In this document: positions 1 through 11,092 of the stretch, piece after piece
Layout: every line of letters begins with the position of its first letter
Position numbering within the stretch: position 1 is the stretch's first letter
NCBI RefSeq assembly: GCF_006345805.1
Contig: NW_021836411.1
Coordinates: 1 to 24,303, forward strand
Direction: 5' to 3'
From: Octopus sinensis
Taxonomy: Eukaryota
Length of the DNA stretch: 24,303 nucleotides
Translations under genes and position numbers: made by a program
The notes under the pieces: model-generated
The model's database searches: none
What the model was told of the DNA's origin: nothing
Seen by the model: only the letters and a program-made list of their open reading frames with translations

Positions 1-360
1 TGTTACGCATTTCATAACAGTTTTCTATGATTGATCATGCAAATTCATTGGCAAAGCTGTCTCACCAACCTCACAGAGCCAACTCCAGATGCACTAGAAA
101 GGATTCTCAAGGTTTAGCTCAGATAGACAAGCTCACATGTTCTGTATGGACAACTCTTGGGGTCTACGACAACTATTATACAGTGCACTTGAGCAGAGCA
201 GTTGTGTCCAGGGTAACCTAAAGAAGATGTACTAGAACAACTATCAGTTCAACCTGAAGTTCATAAAAAATGTTAGCCATATGAACTTGTGACCATAGTT
301 GTGAACTGAGTAGTGCTGCTGATGCTCTAAGCAACTTTCAAGCAGAGAAGTCTTGAGCTG

Positions 361-2704
361 GTACAGGTGTCTGATAACATATAAAATTTTGTTAGGAGAT
401 CAATGAAAAACTGGAATACAGAGTTAAATTCATGTGGAAAATTTTTGGTGGGGGTTAACATCACGAGGCATATTTCAAGGAGATAGCCTATCACCATTAC
501 TGTTTGTAATTTATATGATACCACTCACACAAATTCTACGGAAAGTGACATCAGGGTACATCTTGAAAAGTGGAGGAAAATTAAATCATCTATTATATAT
601 GGATGACTTAAAGATCTTTGGGAAGACTGAACATGAAATAAATGGCCTAGTTTCAACATTGTAGATATTTAGTAAGGATATTGGAATGGAATTTGGGATT
701 AAAATGTATTGTATGCTTATAATACAAAGTGGCAAAGTAGTGTTGTCTGATGGTGAGAAAATCAAAGATATTGAGACTAATGGATATAAATATCTGGGGA
801 TTTTGGCATACTACAAAATCAAAGAAAATGAAATGAAGGAGAGCTTTAGGTGAGAATATTTCAGAGGAACCAAATTAATTATGAGAAGTAGGCTCAAGAT
901 CAGGGCAGTGAACATATGGGCTGTTTCGTTTATGCAATATGGCAAATGTGTTGTTAGGTGGACAAAGAATGAGCTTGAGGAAATGGACGGGAAAACTAGG
1001 AAATGTGATGACAATTAACAAGGAACTACACCCCAAAAGCAATACTGACAGACTGTGCTTAGGAACAGGGAGAGAAAGCGGCCTCATATGCAGAGCTGTT
1101 TTGCCAACAAGAAGAACAGTCTGGGATGGTACATAAAACAGCAGAGTGAATCCTTGCTTGCTGCTGTTAGAATTAACAATACAATACCTACCGAAAATGT
1201 GATGCACCCACAAACATTTAAGACACAAGATGAAGAAGAAAGGATAAATGAAAAAAAGGCATTGGAGGAGGGATACATACCCTGCACGTGGATAAATTTT
1301 TTCACAAATTATAGGGTGGCTTACATTGCATTGCTTACCCAAGCTTTTTAATTGAACTGAATTAAGCTTTGTGTTTGACTCAACTTGTTTATCAGGAAAT
1401 TTGTAAGTTTGATTAAAAAAAAATTTTTTTTTTAAATATTATCATTATAGGTATTATAGTATTATCATTATAAATATTATAGTATTTTAAAGTATTATCA
1501 TTATACTCCAGTGAAATTAAGAAATCAACTCATAAATAAACAAAACCCTCGAATCCATTACTGCACACACACACACCCAGTCGTCTATCTATGTATGTTT
1601 GAAGATAATCAAACCAAATTTTCATCATTTCGAGCCACTCACCTAGTGAGTAGTTTTGCCAAATTTGGTGAAAATCCGTTCAGCCATTTTCCAGTAATTT
1701 TGCAAACACACAGACAAATAGACAAAGACTACAATATCCTGCTTTCACCTATGCATGCAGGGTAACAATTGGAAAATTAAATCACTGCATGGGCAATACC
1801 TGAGAGAAATCAAAGGAAAAGACAAGATCAACACTTGGAGATAGCTAAGAAAAGATGATCTGAAAGGATGCACTGAGGTATTGATATGCAGCACCCAAGA
1901 AAAAGCCCTGAGAACTAATTGCACCAAGTTCCAAATAAATAAGAACAACGATGATGATGATGAGATGATGATGAATCACCCTTTTGTAGGATGTATTACA
2001 GCAGAAATGAAACAATCTCATATACTGTGAGAGAGTGTAGCAAGCTGGCCCACTACAAAAGGAGGCATGATAATGTGGCTAAGTTTGTCCACTGGAGGTT
2101 ATGTGAAAAGTACAGCCTTAAGAAAGCACAGAACTGATACAAACATGAACCAGGAGTCACTGAGAACAAGGAATATAAGATACTGTGAGATTTTACAATC
2201 CAATGTGACTCCCTAATCAATGCTCGGAGACCAGATATTTTTGTGAGATAAAGGAAAAAGGAAACCAAGATTATAGATATTGCAATACCTGGGGATTGTG
2301 ATGCCTGGGGATGAATGCATAAGTGACAAAGAATTAGAAAAGACTGAAAAATACAGACTACTAAAAGATGAAATTGCAAGAATGTGGACTATGAGGAGAG
2401 TGTCTGTCATTCCAGTAGTCGTAGGGGCACTCAGGACACTAACAACCAAGTTTGAGAAATATGTTAGAGAAATTGGAATTGACAAGTCCAAAAAACTGCT
2501 CTGCTGGGGACAGCTAGGATTTTGAGATTGGTACTTAGATGTTGAATGTCTCCCACAGTAATTAACAACCAAGTATCAAAACTTATAATGTACAGAAAGA
2601 GACACTGTGAAACCTCTGACAGCAGGCTGCTGTCTGCTCTCACAGAATCTACCAGATCAAACAAGACCGAGCATTCTCAAAAGTAAAACAATAATAATAA
2701 TAAT
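361..2704 (+). mobile_element. Decayed R4/Dong-clade non-LTR retrotransposon (RT + CCHC + restriction-like endonuclease), interrupted at 1249-1763, with 3' UTR and (AAT)n end
   Basis: Hand translation across frameshifts and stops. RT: SMKNWNTEL..RGIFQGDSLSPLLFV..HLLYMDDLKIFGK (434-664 ORF), then ..LHPKSNTDRL. After the insert: NNWKIKSLHGQYLREI..QEKALRTN..ESPFCRM..ECSKLAHYKRRHDNVAKFVHW..ARRPDI..IIDIAIPGDE..KELEKTEKY..VIPVVVGAL..KTALLGTARILR, stop 2543-2545. The KRRHD and RRPD..D motifs mark the PD-(D/E)xK REL domain. (AAT)n at 2690-2704 matches the TAA-repeat target known for Dong. Confidence 0.9.
1249..1763 (+). mobile_element. Non-autonomous Pearl/HINE-like (Helentron-associated-type) DNA element inserted in the R4 ORF
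   Basis: Removing it rejoins the reading frame (..EERI|NNW..). AA lies on both sides (1247-1248, 1764-1765). Subterminal inverted repeat TACCCTGCA (1278-1286) / TGCAGGGTA (1756-1764). Also an internal TATTATCATTATA tandem array, a CA microsatellite, a CCAAATTTGGTGAAAATCCG motif and a 3' hairpin CCTGC..GCAGG. Confidence 0.7.
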
Positions 2705-2914
2705 CCTTTCTACTATAGGCACAAGGCCTGTAAGTTTGGGGGAGGGGACTAGTTGATTACTACAACCTCAGTGTTTCACTGGTACTTTATTCATACACCC
2801 TGAAAGGATGAAAGGCAAAGCCAAACTTGGTGGAATTTGAACTCAGAACCTGAAGATGGACAAAATGCCACTAAGCACTTTGCCTGGTGTTCTAACGATT
2901 CTGCCAGTTCACTA
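2705..2914 (-). mobile_element. tRNA-derived SINE, family A (body motif TTTGCCTTTCATCCTTTCAGGG, ATT tail; possibly a Meta-type SINE)
   Basis: The reverse strand reads GTGAACTGGCAGAATCGTTAG (A box)..GAGTTCAAATTCC (B box)..CTTTGCCTTTCATCCTTTCAGGG..GTACCAG..GTAGAAAGGATTATT. Many related copies lie elsewhere in the window. Confidence 0.8.
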
Positions 2915-3198
2915 CATTCTAACCACAACAGTAATAATGATAAGGCACTATACACATCCTATGCGAAGCACTTTTAGTACAGTGAAAATAAAACCACTGT
3001 ACATACCCAAGGCACACAGAGCTGTGCTCAGTAGTGCAGTGAAAGTACATGACAAAATAAGACCATTTAATAATAATAATAATAATAGTAATAACGGTCA
3101 CTCCCATTGATTTTGATATATGAATGTTTCAGGGAAAGGATTTAAAGAAAAGAAAAAAGAGAAAACTTTAAAAAATAAAAGAACAAAAGAAGCTGCAT

Positions 3199-3700
3199 CT
3201 ATTTGCGATGGATGTGAAGATGTAATTTGAGTCCAGGCATTGATTTTGCTATTAACACACAATAGGGACACTATTGATTTTGATTTTGCCTGGGATTGGA
3301 CAAATATGTCTGTTGATTGCAGGATATAATTCTTTTCTTGTTATGTTTCTTCAACTCAAATTGTTTTGATGCATCTTGGCACATTCTACACCATGCAGAC
3401 CAATTTAGGTAATGACTTTCTCAAAATGTCATGATAAGCTGTAGAGATTTTAGTGATTGCTTCAACTTATCTTTATACCCAAGAACAGGTCTTCCTTTAC
3501 CGTGATATCCCTCTACTTGTTGGCCACACAAAAGAATTTTTGAAATGTAATCATCTTTCATTTGAACATGTCCTACCCATCTGCACTGAATTCTTGGCAG
3601 CATGCTTTGGATACTGGTGATGCCACATTTTTCTAAGATTTTGACATTTGATATCTTATCTTGCCATTTTATGTTGCAGACATTGCACAGAAGCACAGAC
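3199..3700 (-). mobile_element. RTE-type LINE ORF 3' fragment with terminal C2H2 zinc finger (5'-truncated)
   Basis: ORF 3421-3780(-) contains NIKWQDKISNVKILEK..RWVGHV.M.DD.ISKILL..GRPVLGYKDKLK, the typical post-RT region of RTE elements. 3270-3199(-) translates to CPYCVLIAKSMPGLKLHLHIHRK*, a perfect C-x2-C-x12-H-x3-H. Confidence 0.8.
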
Positions 3701-3863
3701 GATGCCTGGGGATGAATGCATAAGTGACAAAGAATTAGAAAAGACTGAAAAATACAGACTACTAAAAGATGAAATTGCAAGAATGTGGACTATGAGGAGG
3801 GTGTGTGTCATTCCAGTAGTCGTAGGGCACTCAGGACACTAACAACCAAGTTCGAGAAATATG
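3701..3863 (+). repeat. Near-identical duplicate of 2300-2463 (R4 endonuclease segment)
   Basis: Direct comparison shows 3 substitutions and one 1-bp indel over 164 bp. Confidence 0.95.
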
Positions 3864-3884
3864 CACAATAAAAATAATTTTTAA

Positions 3885-4415
3885 TAATAATAATAAATGC
3901 CCTTATGCAGTACCAAGCACTAGCTCTCATGATTGGATGTTATCATGTACATGTTTTGTCTTCATATAAAAGATGGGCTACAGCAAATATTCTGCTAAAT
4001 ACCACAGATTTGCTTGTCAGTTGTTTGACCATAATCATGTTCCTTAGTGACAGATATGTACAATTCTGATCAAGAGCGGAAGTGGTGGGATAACATCATA
4101 GTGTTGAGAGGAATTCTATGGGGTTTGAATAATTCACCTCTGGAAACATAGGTGTTTCATTCACCATCCTTAAACAACCCTTATTCAGGGACCTTTTGAG
4201 TGGGATGGGCTACTTGACCTGAAGAAAATTCTAATTGGGCTCACCTGCAAGGTCATGCATTGTTTATCTTGATATGAGATCACCATGTCATGCACATATG
4301 GTTGTGATGCATGTGCTTGGTGTACCCTTATCAGACGAGTAGTCATGATGGGTATATTGAGCTTCATATATTTGTACCCCAGTGTCACTTTGATGACATG
4401 CGCTGCTCTCAATAC
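3885..4415. mobile_element. About 520-bp interspersed repeat flanked by TAA repeats on both sides
   Basis: TAATAATAATAATAA precedes it and AATACTAAT follows it. It is GC-richer than its flanks and has no credible ORF. It resembles a high-copy octopus repeat I recall (unverified). Confidence 0.5.
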
Positions 4416-4592
4416 TAATATTTTCAAATTTTGGCACATGGCCATCAATTTCGAGGGAGGAGGTGAATCAACCCCAGTATTGAACTGGTATTTCTTTTAT
4501 CGACCCTGAAAGGATGAAAGGCAAAGTCGACCACGGCGGCATTTGAACTTAAAACGTAATACCGTTCAACATTTTGTCCGGTGTGCTAACAG
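4416..4592 (-). mobile_element. SINE family A copy
   Basis: ATCGACCCTGAAAGGATGAAAGGCAAAGTCGACC..ATTTGAAC (B box on the minus strand)..GTGCTAAC, homologous to 2705-2914. Confidence 0.75.
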
Positions 4593-4837
4593 TTCAATAT
4601 TTAACAAGTAACATATTTAATTCACGTCGAGGGGATGAAAGAGATAAATGACCCTGTTTGGTATTTGAGTTAAGAAACCATAGCAATGGCTAAAAAGACC
4701 ATATAATAAAATGAAGCAAAAAGAAATAACTGTAAAACACATTTGATCAACTCCAACGCACAGCCTTTTTTTCTTAATTGCAGAAGATTCGTTTTCCCCA
4801 AGAGCATTCCAAGTTTTTTACACAACTTATGAAATGT

Positions 4838-4849
4838 TGCGCAGGCGCA
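4838..4849 (+). promoter_or_regulatory. NRF1/EWG-type motif TGCGCAGGCGCA in a locally CpG-enriched unique segment (candidate promoter)
   Basis: Matches the YGCGCANGCGCR consensus. CpG is visibly enriched at about 4830-4940 against a CpG-poor background, and a splice donor follows at 4955. Confidence 0.45.
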
Positions 4850-4854
4850 AGTGC

Positions 4855-4954
4855 AGCAGTAGTGTTGTCGGCCTAACGCAACGGCCCCTTTTCGAGAAGC
4901 GTTCAACAGTTGACGTTTTGCAGTCTCTTTCAAGCGGATATAGGACATATTTTG
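4855..4954 (+). other. Candidate non-coding first exon (start approximate)
   Basis: ATG-free segment downstream of the NRF1-like motif, ending TTG|GTAAGC (donor GT at 4955). Confidence 0.35.
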
Positions 4955-6968
4955 GTAAGCTTTTATGTATTGTCAAGAAATAAAAAAAATAAAAAAAATA
5001 AGGAAGGAAATTAGGATAAGAAAGATCTTGAGTTTGGTTCTTAAAAAACAAAACAAAACCGGTAGTGAAGGTGGGGTCGGTGTTGTCATGAGTGGCGACT
5101 GCTTCAAATCAATCAAATTAATTGCAAATTTTGATATATATATATATATATATATGTTTGCGTGTGAGTGATTGATAATATTTGTTTTGACGAAAAAAGT
5201 TATTAAACCATATTAAACCAGGTGTTTATTTTATTTTTCTCAAGGAAGTTCGTTTTCATTTTATTATTACTATTACTACTACTAATGTATACTGACTGTC
5301 GTTTCTCTCACTTTCTCTTTTCCCCCTCCCATTCACTCAATCATTTTTTTCTCTTTTATTTGATCTCTGTGCTTATGGGTTATTTTATTTCATCTGGGTA
5401 TTATACAGACGCGGGTGCGCGCGTATTTGAAGCTCCTCAAATTTGACGTCTACTACTATTATACAGTCTGATTATTTTTCTGTTCCGCAATTTTCTCTCC
5501 CATTCATTTTCTCTCTCTCTCTTTCTTCTCTTCGCTCACTCACTCTATATCTGTATATTTCTCTTTTTACTGCTACTCGATCAATCTCTGTTTATGGCTT
5601 ATAGGGTCCTGTTGATTTGCTACTATTAGGGAAATAATCTAATTGTTCCAACGAAGATCTGTCCTTGTGCAAAGCAGACTGAGGTTGATCATTTCTAATT
5701 TGTAATAAGTAACGAAAAACAACAGTAACTACTAGACAACTGGCAGCTCATCACTGTAACCGCGACAGCTGAGAAAAATGACATATAAAAACCATTAATC
5801 GGCCTTGTAGCTTAGAACAATCCAACAGTAGAACTAGTGGTGTTTCTTTGTGGTTACAATGGGAAGTGAAGATACAGAGTGGAAGAGAGATAAGAACGGA
5901 TATTAAGAGTCTGATTGGTGCCAATGTCTTTTAAGGAAACTGCAACTATGAAATCTTTACTGAATGTCAACTCAGGGTGGCATGACAACTAACATAGTGG
6001 AATCACTGCTCTAAATAGCCAGGTTGCCATATCTCCATTGAATTTCCCATTTCATTTTGCCATTTTTGCTTGTTTCACTATCATTTGTTTCAAATTACCA
6101 GTTTTGTTTATCATAAGAAATTGTAGCGTTATTTGTTGCTGGGAGGACTAGATTCCTCTATAATTCTTTCAAATTTACTCTCTGAATCTCATTAACGATA
6201 ATAACATATGCACATGTATGTGTAAAGTGCTTTTAATTTTTTCAAGTATTTTTTAAACATTATATATCAAGAAAAGCGTTTTGAGTGTAATAAGAAAAGA
6301 TGCTGTTCACTCATCTAACCTTTCTAAGCTATTTGTTTTCATCGTGTGTAGTGAAGTATTAAAATATTCTATTTCACTACCTTGGTCAATAATTCTTCAA
6401 ATTCTTTCCTCACTGGCAAATAATAATTCCAAAACTTTCTCTTTGTTCAAGAAAGTAATTTCTAATTTGAGTCTAAACATTACTTTTTTCAGCTAATTAG
6501 GTTGATTATAATTTTTTCTTAGAATAAAGGAAAAAAGAAAGCTTTTGTATTTTTGTTACTTAATAATTGAACCATAATTACCTTTATAATTCGGAAAAGA
6601 TTTTACTTATTGACTCCTAAACATGAATGTTCAGCTGATGTGTGAGTTTAGATAAAAATTATTGTAACATACACACACACACAAAACAACGTGCGGTTAT
6701 TTTCGCTCCAGCATGGCTAAAACACAGGTGCAGTTATGGCCAGTAATTATATTCTTAATAGTGCACTCACTGTATTAGTTCAGTTACGAACTGTAGATTC
6801 TGTTTATATGTTCCTGTATTAAATTTTAGATATGGCTCGTCAATTTAGTATTCAACAGAATTCAAACTGTTTTGTGTTTCTGCATTTGGTTTTCTTATTT
6901 TGTTTTTTAAAGGTTGATCTTTAACCATTGGTTCTTTATTGTTATACTCAATCAAACCTAACTGTCGA

Positions 6969-6998
6969 ATGATATTCCTTCAGTTTTTAATAATATTT
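6969..6998 (+). CDS. Candidate first coding segment MIFLQFLIIF (signal-peptide-like) in putative exon 6913-6998
   Basis: Strong acceptor TTTCTTATTTTGTTTTTTAAAG|G (AG 6911-6912) and donor TTT|GTAAGC (GT 6999). The first ATG is at 6969 and gives 10 hydrophobic codons in phase 0. No homology was recognised. Confidence 0.25.
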
Positions 6999-7904
6999 GT
7001 AAGCAACACGTAAAAAATTAAGGGTGAATATAATTAGCTCACCTTTATTAATTCTTTCAACATTTTTAGTTGGACAGTCGTGTTTAAACTTTCAACTTGG
7101 AAGACTATCTCGAACAGTGCACTATTTTGGTTATACATTCATGACCACACACTTCTGCTTTGTATGATATATTCAAAATATTTTCCATCCTTTATATTTC
7201 GTATTAAGCACTTGCAGTGAAAACTACATCGTTTTTAGAGCAGTTAAGACTTGTGAAGCACGTATATGTTTATTATCCACAAACGTTTCTCTCGTGTGTT
7301 TTCTCCTTCGAATATACCCATATCTATCGTATTATAATTTATATACCTTCTTATGATGATATTGAACGTTTGTCTGTTGGACACCAAAACCCGCTTTAGC
7401 CAAGTCATGCATCGTATCCACAGAACACATTTTTTCTTTACACACCTCTAATCATAAAACGCTTCTCATAGAAATAAACACCTTTCCTTTATATAAACAA
7501 TAATCCTTTGACCCGAACTATGAGCTAAATGCTTCATGTTATCAACTTCAGATTCATTTTGTGCAATTTAACTGAATATTATTCTCCTTTACCCGATCTT
7601 ATCATAGGAGTTAATTATTATTTGTGTTGGAAGATCTACCGTTTTAAAAGAAATTCGGTTTTGTTTCTCTTTAAGGTGTTATTTGTACGATGCATTTTAT
7701 TTATTATTTTTTCTAGTTTCTTTGGAATGCCCAGGTCGGTTCTGGATGAACAAACCTGTTCCAGGACAATCAAGTCGCGACCATCTTGTCTTTTTCTCTG
7801 GACTACATTACCAATTGTGTCTTTTCTCTTTTTATTTTTATTTTTTTTTTACTTAAGAATTTTAAAGCAGTAGGGTTGTTTTATAGCGAACACATGGAAG
7901 TTGC

Positions 7905-8105
7905 AGTTTAATCCCCATGTCAGGCCTGAGCGAGCAACTGATTTTTAAAAGAATTCCAACCTGATCATTTCGTCATTTTTCCTACCTACAAAGAACTTAA
8001 GATCACATGCCAAGTGTCCTTTTTTTTGATATAGTGTAAAGTAATTTCAGGGAGAATTCGCTGCTATTTCTAGCAGGACGGACGACCACATAGAGGCTTC
8101 CCTTG
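7905..8105. mobile_element. Degenerate interspersed repeat (GCTGCTATTTCTAGCAGG..GACCAC.TAGAGGC motif); a related remnant lies at about 7725-7800
   Basis: The two local segments share ATSCCCAKGTC..GAYCAT..GTCWTTTT. Family recognition is from memory only. Confidence 0.35.
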
Positions 8106-8239
8106 TGGTAGGTGTAAACTTAGGTATATTACAAATATTATGCTTTATATGTTGGAGTTCTTCAAAGATACAAATGATCAGCACAGGTGTCAGTTTACCC
8201 TTATCTGCCACTAAAATCATACTTTACTAGAACAGCTAA

Positions 8240-8438
8240 ACTCTACTCTTTTATTTGTTTCAGTCATTTGACTGCGGCCATGCTGGAGCACCGCTTTAAG
8301 TCGAGCAAATCGACCCCGGGACTTATTCTTTGTAAGCCCAGTACTTATTCTATTGGTCTCTTTTGCCGAACCGCTAAGTGACGGGGACGTAAACACACCA
8401 GCATCGGTTGTCAAGCAATGCTAGGGGGACAAACACAA

Positions 8439-8489
<51 letters not shown>

Positions 8490-8656
8490 TATATACGACA
8501 GGCTTCTTTCAGTTTCCGTCTACCAAATCCACTCACAAGGCATTGGTCGGCCTGGGACTATAGCAGAAGACACTTGCCCAAGGTGCCACGCAGTGGGACT
8601 GAACCCGGAACCATGTGGTTGGTTAGCAAGCTATTTACCACACAGCCACTCCTGCG

Positions 8657-8658
<2 letters not shown>
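8240..8658 (-). mobile_element. Full-length tRNA-derived CORE-type SINE, family B (octopus OK/OR-like)
   Basis: The minus strand starts GGCGCAGGAGTGGCTGTGTGG (A box)..GGTTCAGTCCC (B box)..GGCACCTTGGGCAAGTGTC (CORE-like). It has an internal TA/TG microsatellite and a 3' part ending ATGACTGAAACAAATAAAAGAGT. Confidence 0.85.
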
Positions 8659-8692
<34 letters not shown>

Positions 8693-8700
<8 letters not shown>

Positions 8701-10345
8701 CAAAAAGTTAAATTCCAAAGGTTTTGTATCCACAAAAGCCACAACCTTGTGGACAGCTTGTCAAACTCTACAAAGACAAAAAAATTAAACTTTCTACCAC
8801 GCAGATGTATGTTACTACCAGCCGCACCAACACTAATGCCAGCAGCTACATTGCAACCATATGGCCAGAAACGATAGCACTGTCAGATCATTGCACCATA
8901 TTAACCTCAGCAATGTTACCAGCAACATCCCCAGGCCCAGAGCCTATAAGAGATATACCAGAATTGCCCGAATATAGTCACATCCCAAGTATGTAAATAT
9001 ATCAGATCAGCCAGTACATCTTTCAAACATTGCTTCTGCAACTGCTAGTCATCCTTCAGAGTTCCAGAAAGATGTTTTGTCACGTCCCTGGCCAACCATG
9101 TGTGGCACCTCAAAGATTAAGGGACCCCATGTGATATCAGGTGGAAAATAATAGAACATCCAGGCCCATATATTAATGGGAGTGGTTATTGCAAAATCTG
9201 CATTGCAAAGAGAACCAGAATTATTAAGGACTATGCTAAAGGACATTAAATAGTCATAAAAAAGTTTTCTCTAAATGTATCCATTTCAAATACTATCTAC
9301 TGGAAAATTGGATCTCCCCATTTGCTGGTAGGCTATTTTGGGTCTGTAAGGGTTTTTTATCCTCTGTTCCAGGGGAGATAACCCATCCTCTTGATATCTG
9401 AGCGTTTCCTCATGTCTGCATGGTAGAAAATTTAATTTTCTTTTCGTATAGAGTCTGAGGATCTTTTCCTTTTGAACGACACTTTGTAACATAATTTCTA
9501 GGTAACTAAAAAGTTTTAAACTTCGTATACTGGTAGAATGTGTTTATAAAACATCATTTTCTCTTGGCTTTATTGAGAAAATTCTATAGGTTGTAACATA
9601 TTTCGTCTAAAATTTCTTGCATTTCGGCAATTTTAACCACTCAATTACCTCCATTGACATTCTGTGCATAATGAATATGTCCCTCCTTTAAGAAACAGAT
9701 TGGGTTTATTTATATTTGTGAAGAAAAAAGATACTCTTCCCCCACCCCTAACCCTAACCAACCCTAAATCTAAAATAGATTGAAATGCAGTAGATCGATA
9801 CTAGGGTTATAATTATGGGTGACAATTTCATACAACACTGCTATGGAAAATGGGATTTTTTTCTAGCAGTGTCAAATGAAAATGTCACCGATAATTATGG
9901 CCCTAGTATCGATCTATTGCATTTCAATCTATTTTAGATTTAGGGTTAAGGTTAGGGGTTGGGGAAGGGCATCTTTTTTTCTTCACAAATGTAAATAAAC
10001 CCAATCAGTTTCTTAAAGGAGGGACATATTCATTATGCACAGAATGTTATTTAGGTCAATGGAGGTAACTGATTGGTTAAAATTGCAGAAATGCAAGAAA
10101 TTTTAGACGAAATATGATACAACCTATAGAATTTTCTCAATAAAGCCAAGAGAAAATGATGTTTTATAAACACATTCTACCAGTATACGAAGTTTAAAAC
10201 TTTTTAGTTACCTAGAAATTATGTTACAAAGTGCTATTCAAAAGGAAAAGATCCGAGTCTGATGAGCTGTCCACAAGGCTGTGGCTTTCATGGATACAAA
10301 ACCTTTGGTAACTCTTATGACCAGAATTTAATTTTTGTTTTAATA
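8693..10345. mobile_element. Non-autonomous TIR element (about 850 bp after removing the nested insert; TIRs about 110-130 bp)
   Basis: 8693-8805 (TTAAAACAAAAA..CCAAAGGTTTTGTATCCAC..CCTTGTGGACAGCT..ACTCTA..TTTCTACCACGCAGA) is the reverse complement of 9410-9458 joined to 10263-10345. Confidence 0.8.
9459..10254. mobile_element. 796-bp fold-back MITE with about 390-bp TIRs, GGATC..GATCC termini and an 8-bp TSD
   Basis: The TSD GAGTCTGA is at 9451-9458 and 10255-10262. The arms are near-perfect reverse complements meeting at about 9850, and each carries CCCTAA/TTAGGG repeats. Confidence 0.92.
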
Positions 10346-11022
10346 ATTCTTTAGAGTGTGCTTCTTTTCTGATATGTTTTATTGATTAACTAGATATATA
10401 TATATATATATACACCATGAAAACCCATGTAATTTACACACTTTTTTACGCAAAAATAAAGATAAACTTTAGTGGGTGCGTAAATTACATGAGTAGATCG
10501 TTTCCAGAATTTATTTGTTGATGTACAAAACATAGACATTCATACCGGAAGTTGACTCTTTAATGTCAATTTTTATGGAAAATATAATGGCTTAAATATA
10601 ATGAAGTTGACTTTTATTTATGTTGGACGGTATAATGCTTACTGTTTCTGTATAAATTTACTAAAACCATTAAATGGTTAAGTACTTTTTGAAGTCTGAC
10701 ATTCAAGTGCTGGTAAACACAGTCCGGGTCATATTTTACATTGCTTGGAGTTTCTACCTATCAAAATGAAGCACCATTGACATACATAGTGATATGAATA
10801 TTGCTGACTGAAAAAAATGTAATGATAATCTTGATTGTATGTTTTTATTTTTGTCTGTTTACTATTAGGCACAGTTTTGCCATGCTGTTTACGTCAATTT
10901 CGAACATGGGCTTAATTTACATTAAAATGCCTTCCAGCAGCTCTATTGCCACGTTCAAATGCATATTCAACATATCTAATTTCTCCTTCACAGTAAACGA
11001 TTCATAAATTCTGCCCATAGAA

Positions 11023-11092
11023 GTGGTGAGCTGGCAGAATCATTAGTATACTGGGCAAAATGCTTAGCGGTATTTCGCCGGTTGCTATGTTC
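11023..11092 (+). mobile_element. 5' head of SINE family A
   Basis: GTGGTGAGCTGGCAGAATCATTAG..AAATGCTTAGCGGTATTTCG..GTTC, homologous to the head of 2705-2914(-). Confidence 0.75.

Noticed and set aside
1-360. Possible LINE-like peptide (HVLYGQLLG) upstream of the R4 RT
   Set aside because: Too short and stop-ridden to assign.
3421-3780. 119-aa ORF as a gene
   Set aside because: It is a chimeric read-through of the antisense R4 duplicate into the RTE fragment.
8590-8658. tRNA gene
   Set aside because: The A and B boxes are followed by CORE and SINE body, and there is no complete cloverleaf; this is a SINE head.
9746-9962. TTAGGG/CCCTAA repeats as an interstitial telomere or fusion site
   Set aside because: Only 2-4 imperfect units, placed symmetrically within the MITE arms.
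10259-10266. CTGATGAG as a hammerhead core
   Set aside because: It is part of the host TIR and TSD, with no stem II or GAAA downstream.
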